64,000 nt of DNA from Glaucostegus cemiculus (taxonomy: Eukaryota). The stretch lies in assembly GCA_976551045.1 (NCBI GenBank), contig CDPCPM010000053.1, forward strand, positions 310,001 to 374,000. The letters are read 5' to 3'. Shown here one piece after another: positions 62,206 through 64,000 of the stretch. Made by a program: the position numbers and the translations under genes. Under the pieces are notes generated by a model. The model ran no database searches and was not told the DNA's origin. It saw only the letters and a program-made list of their open reading frames with translations. Within the stretch, counting starts at the first letter, position 1, and every line of letters starts with the position of its first letter.

Positions 62206-64000
62206 TCACAAGATCACAAGATAATGGAGCGGAAGCAGGCCACTCGGCCCATAGAGTCTGCTCCAAAGGGAAGGGAGGGTGGGGAAAAATAGGGGAAAAG
62301 AGGATGAAAAATAATGAGAAAAAAACTATTCTAACTCCAAATTCTCGCCTTATTTCCATATCCCTTGATACCTCAACCAATTAGATATCTACTATTTACT
62401 TCTTGGATATCCCTAATGATCTGGCTTCCACTGTTTTCTGTGGTAAGGAGTTCCACAAGTTCACCACCCTCTTGCTAAAGAAATTGCTCCTTATCTCTGT
62501 TTTGAACCTGCTTCCTCTAATTCTAAGTTTGTGCCCTGTAGTCCTGGACTCGCCCACCTAGGGAAACAACTTGCCCACATTCACTCTGTCCATTCCTTTC
62601 AACATCTTGTACGTTTCTGTTAGGTCCCCTCTCATTCTTCTGTACTCCAACGAGTACAGTCCAAGTGCCGACAGTCGCTCATCATATGTAAGCCTTTTCA
62701 TCCCAGGAATCATCCTAATAAATCTCCTCTGAACCCTCTCCAACATCAGCACATCCTTCCTAAGATATGGGGCCAAAGACTGTACACAGTACTCTAAATG
62801 GGGCATCACCAGTGCCCCGTATATCCTCATCAACACTTCCTTGCTTTTCTATACTATACCCCTAGAAATAAATGCCAACTTAGCATTCGCTTTCCTTACC
62901 TCCGATCCAACCTGGTGGTTGACCTTTAGGTTGACCTGTACGAGCACTCCTAAATCCCTTTGTATTTCTGTACCTCCGATTTTATCTCCTTATAGATAAT
63001 AGTCTGCCCGTTTATTTCTACTTCAGAAGTGTACAACTACACATTTTTCCACGTTGAACATCATCTGCAATTTCCTCTCCCATTCTCCGAGACTATACAA
63101 GTCTCTCTGTAAGTTTCCTGTCTCTTCACTACTCTCCACTCCTCCCGCGATCTTAGTGTCATCCGCAAACTGAGCCACAAACCTATTAACTCCTTCGTCT
63201 AAATCATTAATATACATGGTAAAAAGAAGGGGCCCCAACACCGACCCCTGCGGAACACCACTAGTAACCGGCAGCCAACCAGAACAGGAACCTTTTATTC
63301 CCACCCTCTGCTTCCTGCCATCCGGCCAACGCTCCACCTATTCTGTTATCCTGCCTGTTATTCCGTGATCTCTCATCTTACTAATTAGTCTTTTGTGCGG
63401 CACCTTGTCGAATGCCTTCTGAAAGTCCAAATACACTACATCTACGGCCTCTCTCTTGTCCACCCTGCCTGAGATTTCTTAAAAAAAACTCCAATAGGTT
63501 GGTCAAACAGGGTCTTCCCTTCACGAACCCATGTTGACTAGGACCTATCTTGCCTTGCACCTTCAGCTATTCCATCACCTCGTCCTTGAGGATCGATGCT
63601 AGTATCTTCCCCACCACAGACGTAAGACTGATAGGTCTGTAATTTCCTTTATGCTGTCTTATACAACGGAACTACATTTGCCACCCTCCAGTCCTGCGGA
63701 ACTACGCCAGCGTCTATCGATTCCTGAAAAATTATCACTAATGCCTCCACTATTTCTAAAACTACTTCCTTCAGTACCCGGGGATGTATCTCATCCGGAC
63801 CGGAGACTTATCAGTCTTTAACCCATTTAGCTTCCCCAACATTTTCTCTCCAGTAATCTTAACTGAACTCAGCTCCGTCCCTCGAGTCCCTTGACTAACC
63901 GGTATATTGTTAATGCATTCCACTGTGAAGACCGACGCAAAATACTGATTTAGCACCTCCGCCATCTCTTTATCATCCATAATAATCTCTCCCGCACCAT
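62202..64000 (-). mobile_element. CR1 LINE ORF2 3' half with tandem-repeat tail (continues beyond the window)
   Basis: SGVPQGSVLGPLLF, FADDTK, HLEYCVQ..APYL. Tail (AGATCACA)n at 62202-62221. Confidence 0.93.

Overview
Vertebrate genomic DNA, most likely from a cartilaginous fish (inferred from the CR1, Rex/Babar, Penelope-like, L1/Tx1 and Gmr1-type repeat mix). The window holds three intact, spliced + strand immunoglobulin-superfamily receptor genes. All share a 6-exon plan: leader, germline-joined V(J) domain, C1 domain, TM, and two cytoplasmic exons, with no RSS. Genes A (6756-11076) and B (23630-27855) come from a recent ~16.8 kb tandem duplication. Their ectodomains are nearly identical but their signalling parts differ: A has a TM Arg plus VTYVDL/SVYAMV, while B has a TM Ser plus VTYVDF/SVYAMV. 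Gene C (35604-42627) is a divergent, NKp30-like putative activating member with a GxG J-like strand, a TM Arg, and a short tail without ITIM. Together they look like a paired inhibitory/activating family with antigen-receptor-like V-C1 architecture. Other notable items: a 155-bp inverted repeat bracketing the promoter-leader-V-C1 cassette of A and B; a duplicated C1 acceptor in C that could yield a secreted form; a possible antisense GPI-protein pseudogene; and a Gmr1-type LTR element whose primer site extends into an almost complete copy of mature tRNA-Pro. The rest is decayed transposons. Exon models and difference counts were made by eye, and no database search was possible.
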